Source: a virus (taxonomy: Duplodnaviria; Heunggongvirae; Uroviricota; Caudoviricetes). From it: a DNA stretch of 64,000 nt. Every line of letters begins with the position of its first letter. Within the stretch, counting starts at the first letter, position 1. The translations under genes and the position numbers were made by a program. Below the pieces are notes generated by a model. It did no database searches. It was not told the origin of the DNA and saw only the letters and a program-made list of their open reading frames with translations. Where the stretch lies: the IMG/VR virus record IMGVR_UViG_3300010429_001737; one strand, written 5' to 3'. Positions 19,601 through 27,724 of the stretch are shown here, in pieces.

Positions 19601-21159
19601 CTATTGACTTTTTCTCAATAGACGATTTAATAAGATTGCGATTCATGGGTATCAGATATTTAAATCAAGATATAAATATATTCGCAATTAAGTTAACAGG
19701 AGGTTCGTCTATATTTCAGAGTATTATTGAATTACTTGAATTTAATGATTATGTTTCAAGAACAGCGATGTTGTCAAGAGTCTCACAAATTTCTTTGTTG
19801 TTTAACGATATTACTAATCGTATAGCATATATGTTTTTAGGACAGACTGTCACGATAGATTTTTCTGATTCTGTTGTTAGACAGGGGGACGTTCATGTTT
19901 TAATGAGTGACAACATTGAATTTGATGATTTTCTTTCACGAAGTCTAAATTTAATTAGAAATAGTTATAATGGGATTTATATAAATAATATTGTTAATCG
20001 TATAACTTACTTATTTGTCGATAACGGATTGGGCATAAATTTTTATGATAGCATCGAAAGACTCATTACAAGAAATGTCTTTGTTTCCCAAGATATAACA
20101 TTTTATGATAGTGTTGCAAGATTAAATGCATTTGTTCGAAATTTGTACCAAATCTTAGTCTTTAACGAAAATATCCCGGGGATTGATGTTCTATATCAAT
20201 TTTATCTTGAAGTGCGACAAGATATCTTTTTTACAGCTAACGCACAGACAATAAGTGATATTTCAAAAGAGTTTTATGATATAATTACGTTAAATAATGA
20301 TGTTGTCAGATTTGCTTTCGTTTCAAGAGGGGCTAGTGATTCAGTAGAAATCTTTGATAATATTGATACTATGTTAGACATATTTAGAAAACCAAATGAG
20401 ATTGTTTCTTTTAGTATTATTACGAACAGACTTTCAAGTATGACACTACATATTAATATCATTCTTGATATAAATGAGCTTAGTGATAGAATAGCTGAAA
20501 TATATCGTATAGTTTCCGTACCTTTTAATATCTTTGACTATAGAATTCGTACTTTTTTTGGGTTATCAAGTTTAAACGATTCATTTATTATTACAAGTGA
20601 AAACGGCAGGACATATTTCGGCAATAGGATAGTCGACGAAACATTTGACGTTGATATAATGACTTTGCGTATTGCAACTTTGTCAAGATTGATTGTTGAT
20701 AGTATTACAATCGTCACCGCAACAACTGTTACTGCGGTTTATGTTGTGTCTGAGTTTTTTGTAACAATTGTTCAACAAATAACTATTAATGATATTGTAT
20801 CTCGAGCGACAAATTTATATGTTATATTCATTGATGTTATTTCTGTTATTATATCTGTCGTGTCAGGAGGCGGTGGTATAATTGGGCCCGGAGGAGGGGG
20901 CGGCGGATTAGAGGTTTTAAAGAACATACCCGAAAAAATAATAGAAATAATTTCTAGTATTACCTTTTTCACTAGAGGCAACACAATGTTAGTTTTGGCT
21001 CTCTTGAGCGTAATGACTTTCATTTTGGTTCTTTCGTATTATAAATACGAGAAGAGAACCAAAAATAAGAAATATAGAGCGATTGTTATTATAATAATGG
21101 GGCTGTTAGTGATATCTATCGTCTTATGTTTAATATATTTGCTATACTATGTCACATGA
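13657..21159 (+). CDS. giant surface protein (2500 aa): signal peptide, Ig-like (DxAGN-type) domains, LamG/ConA-like domain, Cys-rich segment, about 40 degenerate 19-20 aa repeats, poly-Gly linker, two C-terminal TM helices
   Basis: Signal peptide MVKKRSLLSLVFLFVLSLVLLA. Repeated units of the form ...NYT.S.D...C...VYANDSLGN.... LamG hallmarks LVGWWKFDE ... DELRFYNYSLTATQVRDLY. GGGGIIGPGGGGGG is followed by hydrophobic helices. Extremely dense in NxS/T. Paralogous to the 38424 gene. Confidence 0.8.
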   Translation: MVKKRSLLSLVFLFVLSLVLLATTIYSDDISIDKTPREIKFDYNSITYKNPDNTYTSSIYFDAINLDKIVNVTNKGDDINIKWKNYEVDIILNVKEKNKEKIKIGDLKNSNLEYVKTIKAKGDEYEFFWLLNDTSKKSFDLEYVTIEVVNKTPMTIIAENTQIIMGDGLYIDLNDLVDSNYTLSKLNEKEIKVESNAILGSTFDTDSILLDPTVRINVSMDNYIRGDTEQFKSYNYGAATSVSINYPGTLRTLMYFPLTSIPANASISEALLYLRAINGPTTSANISTYPLLKSWNEGTSSAGANSAFINGSTWMERWYGDNKNDGCSGSTDPDWCTNGTGVSDYNASLQVNNVIRANAGGTWVNLSMLTYVNKSVHGEMEWYGIVFWTNTSASSGYQFASRQYTTVTTYRPYVNITYSLPSPITNLIFPVNNTNTSNGLFNFTCNASIDSSLPGTNITKLVIFYSNDSAGVNWKGNMTFNETSGITAPNKTIQQNWSTTLTTNGVYYWGCAVNVSYGGTDSSGLVQPTAPLRFIFDNIGPNVTYQAPTPDGGYVSSVVINVSVNDSLNAIDTCILQWNSTTALTNYTMTKSTGYCNYTMSVTTGTYYFKVYANDSLGNLGNASLRNFTFDNTPPSINVTYPLSRVYMDLYSYSLGLNVTASDVGSSLQTFKYSLNGAANTTFTPNITLTTLVPGLNNLTVYVNDSAGNINSSSVNFTLRFTPKINNTIIGNSSTNYSRYNLTNGLVGWWKFDEITNNIAYDTSLYRNNATLFQSMQNLLVNGDFESGTWANAGDCCCASCSCVAGSNCSAGGGGSNCTCANGGTCYYLANVATDKINGDYSLNLTGNKSCACNNKAMSSFTINKTYTLSFWYKDVSGPDSPRYCMWISGRNVCDPAETISVSDNNWHYYQKSFKILDGTTAAALYLYGGNGATTESTNLYDDVRIVEGPGWDINGKIGNALFVAVNNATIPHIPAYNFTGGFSMSYWVKFNMDMTSSNPSVAQRLVNKNNQWINYIGTDSRNLRFYLNNGTTWEDMSLWSSKTSWNKGQWYLVTYTVSARTNPTITLYIDGSQDSTTSKTGTWQTSRGNITIGYASEFTTGELNGTIDELRFYNYSLTATQVRDLYQVTNPTFQESSNTTITVTIIDEDSPASSLYYQWFVGPVSVLSGLAQSVFNYVFTQPSTNVYLIINDSNNYQVFQNWTINTTYDNPTISYVLPTPSDSSVQTGTTVTINVSANDTSGIDKCILQWNSTSSINNYTMTRSGIYCNYTVSIATPGYYYFKVYANDTLGNWFNESLRTILKNSPPVQPTVTIIPATAYKNSTLNCTANTTDVDGHTISYFYQFLTTNGTIVQDYGYTAPTEYCYQETANISTACGGLDTGKYWYTTDTTTNYNYINYSKPSFASNNSLWHVKYSRTANVTVNYTIPSSCWEQSTLTMYFYLSGTSGSASNMQFGCKNATGLVAIEGPFSSTTITRTTTGSQSELYDGNWDNAISYYSNVWYRNAVTAGGGVPHGVFEEAMYWAREGSSNLFDCNASSLCVAGENITCNVKAYDGYENSTVNNATRQISAYGATTSTYVIDQALNTNVGINRRGSYGRSNSNALTLIININRKLQDLTQFVDYFIVSVTIENSENMFRRLSQSININVLTSRMLNLQKIVSQSFSIDNFVNKLRSVFSMTTQSIALTENIDSILSGKRFTTQNINVVDDVGIKSNFKRSNFLSMTINNFANRLLKLFRIETQSILLYENESDIFSGKRLVNQSINITDSTFDVYSGKRMTFTQLSVTALSSEFSKFFRVSDDEVSFFDDVTYNLLRRRFVYQNLSFLDTTGREYFGIRNIDQIIVFSLSSYKPSSLYNSVSLMIGVSESIYEKTAMKRVLEDLLEFIDSINRKLFGSRVINDVINVNEDMSRRTLLLRLLTNGISVGDSVNIRLFGSRVISQEVNINDDIFRQSIVSKDITERVNISIVNNRTYLGNRITIDFFSIDDLIRLRFMGIRYLNQDINIFAIKLTGGSSIFQSIIELLEFNDYVSRTAMLSRVSQISLLFNDITNRIAYMFLGQTVTIDFSDSVVRQGDVHVLMSDNIEFDDFLSRSLNLIRNSYNGIYINNIVNRITYLFVDNGLGINFYDSIERLITRNVFVSQDITFYDSVARLNAFVRNLYQILVFNENIPGIDVLYQFYLEVRQDIFFTANAQTISDISKEFYDIITLNNDVVRFAFVSRGASDSVEIFDNIDTMLDIFRKPNEIVSFSIITNRLSSMTLHINIILDINELSDRIAEIYRIVSVPFNIFDYRIRTFFGLSSLNDSFIITSENGRTYFGNRIVDETFDVDIMTLRIATLSRLIVDSITIVTATTVTAVYVVSEFFVTIVQQITINDIVSRATNLYVIFIDVISVIISVVSGGGGIIGPGGGGGGLEVLKNIPEKIIEIISSITFFTRGNTMLVLALLSVMTFILVLSYYKYEKRTKNKKYRAIVIIIMGLLVISIVLCLIYLLYYVT
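18400..20800 (+). repeat. degenerate array of about 19-20 aa repeats (around 40 units) in the C-terminal third of the 13657 gene
   Basis: Recurring units of the form F.R...Q.I.I.D.....R, for example FRRLSQSININVLTSRMLN / LQKIVSQSFSIDNFVNKLR / SGKRLVNQSINITDSTFDVY. This segment is depleted in NxS/T compared with the rest of the protein. Confidence 0.45.
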
Positions 21160-21166
21160 AGTTTAA

Positions 21167-21203
21167 CAACAATATTTATATACGAGATTTTGTTATAAAA
21201 AAT
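21167..21203 (+). promoter_or_regulatory. leader/promoter shared by the giant-gene paralogs (..ATATTTATATACGAGATTTTGTTATAAAAAAT-ATG)
   Basis: Near-identical to 38393..38423 (AAATTTTATATACTGGGTTTTGTTATAAAGAAT-ATG). Both are followed by ATGAGAA and a signal peptide. Confidence 0.5.
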
Positions 21204-24200
21204 ATGAGAATAAGATACATTTTACTAGTTTTAATTATTTCTATTAACTTATGTTATTTTGTTAATGCGGCTGCAGTTCAGGATATTTTACACCTTTCTA
21301 TTCAAGTAGAAAATGAAAGTCATAGTGGATTGCTTGCTGGGACGTATAATTTTACTTTTAATATTACTTCTGACTCTGGATGTAATACTGTCGTGTATTC
21401 TAACAAAACTCAACTTACTACTAATGGTTTGGCTAAGGTATCATATTTTCTAGAAAACGTTACTTTAGATTTTCAGGACCAGTATTGGCTTTGTGTATAT
21501 AGAGATGGAGTTTTAACAAATGTTTCAAGAGTTGCGAGGGCTCCATATTCTTTTATGGCTAAAAATGTTACTTGGTCGGGCGTAATTGGAAAACCTAGTA
21601 ATTTGTCTCAATTTACAAATGATTTAGTGTTTGACCACAATGTTGATTTAACAGGTTTACAGGGGGGCTCGGCTGGTGAATATTATCATTTAACATCTGT
21701 TGAGGCACAAGCTGTCGTCGATAATTGGGATTTATGGGTCACAACTTCGACGAGTTCTCTTATTAATTATTATCTTAAAACAGATGTCTATAACAAAACA
21801 GAGGTGTATAACTCTACTTCAATTGATAATTTATTAACTAGTTATTTAACATCCACTTCGATTATTTCAAGTGACTATGTTAATAAAACATCCGGGACAT
21901 TTTTTGAAGGTTGGGACTTAACATCTATTATCGACGACATCAAGACATTAGTAGATGACCACACTACAGATATTGGTACTTTAGATACCAATAAATTAGA
22001 TATTACGGACCAAAGATATAATGATACTAATCTAATTAATAATGTAAACAGTTCAGTTTATTCAGATTTATATAATCATACTACTAATTATTCAAATCCT
22101 CATAATGTAACTGCCATACAAGTTGGTGCTGTCGATTTAACAAGTGACCAAGATATAAATGGGACTAAGAATTTTTTAAATATTCCTCTATTACCCGATT
22201 TAAACCCAACTCTTGATAATGAAGCTGTAAGAAAAGCTTACGTTGATGCTTTAGTCTTCGGGTTAATTTGGCAAGAAGAAATTAGCGGGAGAAACACAAC
22301 AGAACCTGTTTCACCAACATCAGGGGAGCGTTGGAGAGTATTGACCGGGGCAACTGGCAACTGGACCGGTTATGACGATAGATTAGCTGAATATAATGGC
22401 ACAACATGGGAATTTGATGGTGAACCCCAGGATGCATGGGCAGTATTAGATACTTCAGATAATACTCAGTGGAGATATAATGCATATGGAAGCGGTTGGA
22501 TTAAGATTGGGGCATCTTCTATTTATTCAACTGGTAATGGGTTGCAGTTAACAATTAATACATTTTCAATAAGATTAAGAACTGGAAATAGTGGGATGAA
22601 TTTTTCTGATTTAGGACTAGGAATAGATTTTGATTCTAATGTTTTACAGATAGTTGGTAATAAGTTAGGGATTTTACCGGGGGGTATTAACAACACTCAT
22701 CTTTCAGGTAATATTTCAAATGATAAATTGAATCAACTAACACAAAGTAATTTAGTTAATTATTCCGCTATAAATATGTCAGGTTCTGTTATATGTGACA
22801 TTGATGATGTAGATTGTATTACAACTCCTCCTGGTGACTGGATGGTTGCTACTTGGTATAATGGTTCAGTCGTCTGGGTTATTCCTAATTCAAGTGTAAG
22901 TAATCAAAGTCTTGGGTTCTTTGAATTAACTTTACATTCTCATCCTGCGTCGTCAGTTACATGGACTATTCCTACTACTGTTAGCGAATTTTATAACAAT
23001 GTAAAATATGCAAGAAGACAAGTAGATTTGTCATCTGCTTTAAATTATAGAATTTTTGTAAATCAATTAATAAATGGAAATGGAAATACAAGAGTTTGGG
23101 TTCAATATTCATTAAACAACGGAACGACTTGGGTAGATATGAATAATAGTGCAACATCAGGAGTGTTAAATATTTCTAAAATAAGTACTGCTAATTATAT
23201 TTTATATAACGGGTGGACGCCTGTGCCGCTAGGGGCAAAAAGAGATGTAACAGTAAGACTAGTTGGTACTGGAGGGTTTAATAATGCAACAACGGCTCCT
23301 ACTTTTAGACAAGTTGCAATTCAATTTCAAGTTCCGTTAGCTGGAGATTATAATATTACTTATAACACGATTTCAGGCGGTGGTGGAAGTGGAGTTTCGG
23401 CAATGATTAACTTAACAGACGTTAAGAACCAAAGTGGAAATTTTTATACAAATAAAAATATCCCAATTGCTAACGGAAGTACTTATGTTGTTAGACAATT
23501 AAATAGTTCTGATTTAGGTGATATCAATAATGTTGGAAAGAATGATGGCATGTGTTTGGTCTTTGATAATTCAACACAGAAGTTAATCTATTCTTATGTT
23601 TGCGGGGTTAATGGCTCTTCAACTGTTAATTTTTCTGTAACAGGATTTGACTTTGTTTCTTATCCCGGTGCACAATGGTCAAGTCAGCCTCTGGCTGAAA
23701 CAGAAGTATATGGCTCATCCGGTGTTTATATAAGACAGAAGAGAGATTTCACTAATGCAATTCAGTATAGAATTCATCTTTCTCTAAGTGTTTATGGTGC
23801 ACCTAACAGTACTATTTATTTGCAGTATAACAACTCAAATACAGGATACAAATGGTATAATTTGTCGACTACAACAGAAGCTAATCAGATTTCAGTTAAT
23901 GCTACAGGAACGACGTCACTTAGAACATCTGCATGGTATGATATACCAGTTGGGGCTAGAGCTGATACCAATATAAGAGTTGTGGGCAGAGGTGGGTTTG
24001 GGAATGCAACAAGTTCGCCATACTTTAGACAATTGAGAGTTGAATATAGAATACTCGGGCTTAATACATCAGTTATCTCGGGAAGTTCATATAATGAGAC
24101 TTATGACTCATGGTCATATAATCAAACGCTTGCGGCAAATACAACTATTTATAATGTTTATAACGATGTTTGGCGTTCAACATATAACGAAACTTATGCT

Positions 24201-24851
24201 ATATGGACATATAACCAAACTCTAGCTGGCAATAACATGTTCTTAAATCTCTCAGGAACTAATGCCAATCAGGATATTAATATTGGTTCTTACGCTATTT
24301 CAGCAAGTGGTAATAGTAAGTTTGGTGATTCTTTACGATATGCGACGTTTTCAGATTTAGATTTAACAGCATATGGTTATGGTCAATTTAAAACATTTAA
24401 AAGTGTTTCAGATTCCGCATTAGGAAATTTGTCGATATTCATGAATGGTCTTATCGTAGTTGGGGGAACTGAGAACGCCACAACTAATGAGGGTATGCCC
24501 TTTCTAACATTATTTGATGCATCATATGTTAATAGTGTTGATTTTATCTATAATGCGACTGAAAACTTCTTAACAATTACATCACCAATAGTCGTTGAAG
24601 GATATATTAATACATCAACTGGTAATGACATCTGCACTGGTGATGGAAAATGCTTAAGTCAATTAAATAATACTATTAATTATAGTTTATACGTTCCATA
24701 CGAAGGAGCTAATCAAAATGTTAATCTCTCTGGTTATAATGTAACAGCCTCAAACGTTAAACTTGTTGGAAACGGGACAATATCGAGGGAAGACGTTAAT
24801 ACGACAATGTTTATTTCGGATTCAGGAAATTTAATTATTCAATTTGCATAA
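21204..24851 (+). CDS. tail-fibre-like / receptor-binding protein (about 1215 aa)
   Basis: Start moved to MRIRYILLVLIISINLCYFVNAAAV, which is a signal peptide lying directly after the conserved leader TTTTGTTATAAAAAAT. NLSQFTNDLVFDHNVDLTGLQGGSAGEYYHLT and NYSNPHNVTAIQVGAV resemble conserved phage tail-fibre/collar motifs. Y/W-rich repeats YNETY..WSYNQTLA. Confidence 0.65.
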   Translation: MRIRYILLVLIISINLCYFVNAAAVQDILHLSIQVENESHSGLLAGTYNFTFNITSDSGCNTVVYSNKTQLTTNGLAKVSYFLENVTLDFQDQYWLCVYRDGVLTNVSRVARAPYSFMAKNVTWSGVIGKPSNLSQFTNDLVFDHNVDLTGLQGGSAGEYYHLTSVEAQAVVDNWDLWVTTSTSSLINYYLKTDVYNKTEVYNSTSIDNLLTSYLTSTSIISSDYVNKTSGTFFEGWDLTSIIDDIKTLVDDHTTDIGTLDTNKLDITDQRYNDTNLINNVNSSVYSDLYNHTTNYSNPHNVTAIQVGAVDLTSDQDINGTKNFLNIPLLPDLNPTLDNEAVRKAYVDALVFGLIWQEEISGRNTTEPVSPTSGERWRVLTGATGNWTGYDDRLAEYNGTTWEFDGEPQDAWAVLDTSDNTQWRYNAYGSGWIKIGASSIYSTGNGLQLTINTFSIRLRTGNSGMNFSDLGLGIDFDSNVLQIVGNKLGILPGGINNTHLSGNISNDKLNQLTQSNLVNYSAINMSGSVICDIDDVDCITTPPGDWMVATWYNGSVVWVIPNSSVSNQSLGFFELTLHSHPASSVTWTIPTTVSEFYNNVKYARRQVDLSSALNYRIFVNQLINGNGNTRVWVQYSLNNGTTWVDMNNSATSGVLNISKISTANYILYNGWTPVPLGAKRDVTVRLVGTGGFNNATTAPTFRQVAIQFQVPLAGDYNITYNTISGGGGSGVSAMINLTDVKNQSGNFYTNKNIPIANGSTYVVRQLNSSDLGDINNVGKNDGMCLVFDNSTQKLIYSYVCGVNGSSTVNFSVTGFDFVSYPGAQWSSQPLAETEVYGSSGVYIRQKRDFTNAIQYRIHLSLSVYGAPNSTIYLQYNNSNTGYKWYNLSTTTEANQISVNATGTTSLRTSAWYDIPVGARADTNIRVVGRGGFGNATSSPYFRQLRVEYRILGLNTSVISGSSYNETYDSWSYNQTLAANTTIYNVYNDVWRSTYNETYAIWTYNQTLAGNNMFLNLSGTNANQDINIGSYAISASGNSKFGDSLRYATFSDLDLTAYGYGQFKTFKSVSDSALGNLSIFMNGLIVVGGTENATTNEGMPFLTLFDASYVNSVDFIYNATENFLTITSPIVVEGYINTSTGNDICTGDGKCLSQLNNTINYSLYVPYEGANQNVNLSGYNVTASNVKLVGNGTISREDVNTTMFISDSGNLIIQFA

Positions 24852-24888
24852 TAGAATAATATATAAATAGTAAAGAATATAAGATAAT

Positions 24889-27723
24889 ATGGATGACATA
24901 AAAAAGAACAAAAAAACAAAACTCATTGTAATAAGTATGTTAGTAATATTATTAATAGGTATAAGTGTTTCTGTTTTTTATGTTTTTAATACTCAGAAAG
25001 ATACACAAGAACGGTTGTTGACAAATAACAGCGTTGTTGTTCAGAGTGTGATGAACAGTCAGACGACAAATGTTAATAAATCAGACGTTAAGAATGTTAT
25101 TAATACGATGAAAGTTCGAATACCAGACCCTCATATAAAAAACCCATTAACAAAGGTTAACCCTCGAACTTCATTTTTAAATAATACTGGACAAGAACAA
25201 GCTTATATAGACCATGAAGGTAATATTGGATTATTGCATAATTTAACTTCGACAAGTGGTTGGTTAAAAGGTTTCATTGAAGGTAAATATAATTCAACTT
25301 TTGGTGATAATATTTCTTATATGGAAATTAAACAACTGATGGGCGGGGATGGGGCATATTATACAGCAATTCATTCAAAATCTAATTCAACATTACCAGG
25401 CTTCGAAAATTTAACATCTATTCTTGGAAATTTTTTAATTTATGAAAATACTCCACAATTAATGTTCTGGGATTCTAGTAACCCGTCTGAACTTGGTAGA
25501 ATTATATATTCAAATAGCAATCTATTTACTATCGATAAAAGTTTACTTATCAATAATAATATTACTGTCTTGGGTAATAGTGGATTATTCGGGGCATCAG
25601 AACATACTATTTATTTAGATAATTATTTTTTTAACGGGTCATTAGTTTCTACACATGATGTATACACCAATGATTATTTTGAAATTGTGCCGGGTGTTGC
25701 TTCCGTGAATAAACTTAATGCTTTTGGCACAGAAATTTATGAAGAATCATCTAACCCGTATGATTTTATTTACGGTTTATCAAGTTCGGCAACTGTGCAT
25801 GGCGATTTAACTAATGATAATGTATATGGCATAATCGGCGAGGGTGTAGTCAGCGCGGGAGCAAACGTCTCAAATCTACATGGAATTGTGAGTTCAGTAA
25901 CTGTCGATGGCAATGCGACTAATGCTTATTCCCTAATAGTACAACGAAATATTGATGGCGGTGGAACAGTTGACAATAATTTATATGGGATATATCTCGA
26001 AGATTTTAGACCATCTGACTTAAGTGGAACCGTTAATCAAGGATATGCAATTTATTCAGCAGGTGGTGATGTCTATTTTGATGATACAGATGTGTTTACA
26101 ATATTAAATAGTTCTAATTCAGCTAACTTATGTTTAAACGGTGTTTGTTATTCTTCTCTGGCGAGTTCATCTTACAATGAAACTTATGCTCTTTATTCAT
26201 ATAATCAAACTACAGCTACATATAATCAATATGGACAGTGGTGGTATAATATGAGTGATGGTTCATATAACGAAACTTATGCTCTTTATTCATATAATCA
26301 AACTACTGGATATATACCATACACAGGCGCAAATCAGAACATAAATTTTGGAAATAATAATTTAACAGTTGGTTCCTCAAACACTTTATTTGTTAATGTT
26401 GATACAAATCAAGTTGGGATTGGGACAAACGTTATTAATGACACTTATATAATGAGAATCACAGGTAGCGTATTAATTGAAGGAAATTTAACTCTTTATG
26501 GCAATTCTTCACAGTTAAGTTTTCAAAATTTGTCAACTAATGGTTCTATAATTCCAGGGACTGATGATGCTTTTAATTTAGGTGATGTTGCAGCTCGTTG
26601 GAAGAATGGATATTTTAGTACTGATGTTTTTATAGCCGGAAACTCTGTTAAACAATGGATGTATAACCAAACATACTCTGGTTCGACTTACAATGCAACT
26701 TATGCAACATGGTTGCCAAATTATACAGCCTTTTCAAAATATTGGTATAATATGACTTATTCAGGAAGTACATACAATGCAACTTATGCTCTTTATTCAT
26801 ATAATCAAACAACACCAGCAATAACTTCTCTTAATTCTACATATGGAAAATGGTGGTATAATCAAACTATAGCTGCTAATACTTCAATAGTTAGTACATA
26901 TGGGAAGTGGTGGTATAATCAAACTATTGCTGCAAATACTTCAATTTATGGAGCTTATGGGAAGTGGTGGTATAATCAAACTATAGCTGCTAATACAAGT
27001 ATATTTAACGCTTACGGACGATGGTGGTATAATCAAACATCTGCAAATCAATATTGGAATGTAAGCGGTTCTAATATATTCCCACAAAGTTTGGGATATA
27101 ATGTTGGAATTGGGACAACAACACCTTCCTCAAAATTATCTGTCGTTGGAAATATAACTTCTTCAGATAGTATAAATGCATCTAAATTATGCATTGGTAG
27201 TGATTGTAGAACATCTTGGGCATCTGCCGGTGGAGCAAATAATACTTATATTAATCTTCCTGTTCAGTCAGCTAAGATTGGTCACATTGCTAATTCGGCA
27301 AGAATCAACGGCGGGACAAATAGATGGAGACTTGTGTATCAAAACGATACTGGACGAGCTGCTGAATGGCAATTTCAAATGCCAGATTCTTATAGTGCAT
27401 CTAGCACACTTAAGGCAGATATTATCTGGATAGAAAATACTAACACAGCAGGTAATGTTGTTTGGAATGTTAGTGTTATGGCATTAACAGCAGGAGATTC
27501 TGCTTCTATCGAAACCGATTCTTTTGATACTGCTAATACAGCAACAACTGCTGCTTCCGGAACAGCAAATTATCCAACTTTAACTACAATTACTTTAACA
27601 AATAAAGATAGTGTTGCAGCAAGTGATTTGGTAATCGTTAAACTTGTGAGAGATGGAAGTAGTGCAAGTGATACATTAAATGCTAATGCTGGAGTTATTA
27701 CATTCAGATTATATTGGAGTTAA
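24889..27723 (+). CDS. tail-fibre-like protein (944 aa) with 19-aa tandem repeats
   Basis: N-terminal TM. FNLGDVAARWKNGYFS resembles the tail-fibre ...G-x-x-x-x-RW-x-x-x-Y... motif. YNETYALYSYNQTT occurs three times. A 57-bp tandem repeat encodes YGKWWYNQTIAANTSI four times. Shares repeat cassettes with the preceding gene. Confidence 0.6.
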   Translation: MDDIKKNKKTKLIVISMLVILLIGISVSVFYVFNTQKDTQERLLTNNSVVVQSVMNSQTTNVNKSDVKNVINTMKVRIPDPHIKNPLTKVNPRTSFLNNTGQEQAYIDHEGNIGLLHNLTSTSGWLKGFIEGKYNSTFGDNISYMEIKQLMGGDGAYYTAIHSKSNSTLPGFENLTSILGNFLIYENTPQLMFWDSSNPSELGRIIYSNSNLFTIDKSLLINNNITVLGNSGLFGASEHTIYLDNYFFNGSLVSTHDVYTNDYFEIVPGVASVNKLNAFGTEIYEESSNPYDFIYGLSSSATVHGDLTNDNVYGIIGEGVVSAGANVSNLHGIVSSVTVDGNATNAYSLIVQRNIDGGGTVDNNLYGIYLEDFRPSDLSGTVNQGYAIYSAGGDVYFDDTDVFTILNSSNSANLCLNGVCYSSLASSSYNETYALYSYNQTTATYNQYGQWWYNMSDGSYNETYALYSYNQTTGYIPYTGANQNINFGNNNLTVGSSNTLFVNVDTNQVGIGTNVINDTYIMRITGSVLIEGNLTLYGNSSQLSFQNLSTNGSIIPGTDDAFNLGDVAARWKNGYFSTDVFIAGNSVKQWMYNQTYSGSTYNATYATWLPNYTAFSKYWYNMTYSGSTYNATYALYSYNQTTPAITSLNSTYGKWWYNQTIAANTSIVSTYGKWWYNQTIAANTSIYGAYGKWWYNQTIAANTSIFNAYGRWWYNQTSANQYWNVSGSNIFPQSLGYNVGIGTTTPSSKLSVVGNITSSDSINASKLCIGSDCRTSWASAGGANNTYINLPVQSAKIGHIANSARINGGTNRWRLVYQNDTGRAAEWQFQMPDSYSASSTLKADIIWIENTNTAGNVVWNVSVMALTAGDSASIETDSFDTANTATTAASGTANYPTLTTITLTNKDSVAASDLVIVKLVRDGSSASDTLNANAGVITFRLYWS
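26818..27045 (+). repeat. 57-bp (19-aa) tandem repeat, about 4 copies, inside the 24889 gene
   Basis: TATGG(A/G)AA(A/G)TGGTGGTATAATCAAACTAT(A/T)GCTGC(T/A)AATAC(T/A)...; it encodes YGKWWYNQTIAANTSI four times. Confidence 0.65.
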
Positions 27724-27724
27724 T

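Noticed and set aside
20772-21023. Minus-strand ORF encoding a poly-Pro stretch (PPPPPPGPIIPPPP)
   Set aside because: It is the reverse complement of the poly-Gly hinge (GGGGIIGPGGGGGG) of the giant 13657 gene, so it is an antisense artefact.
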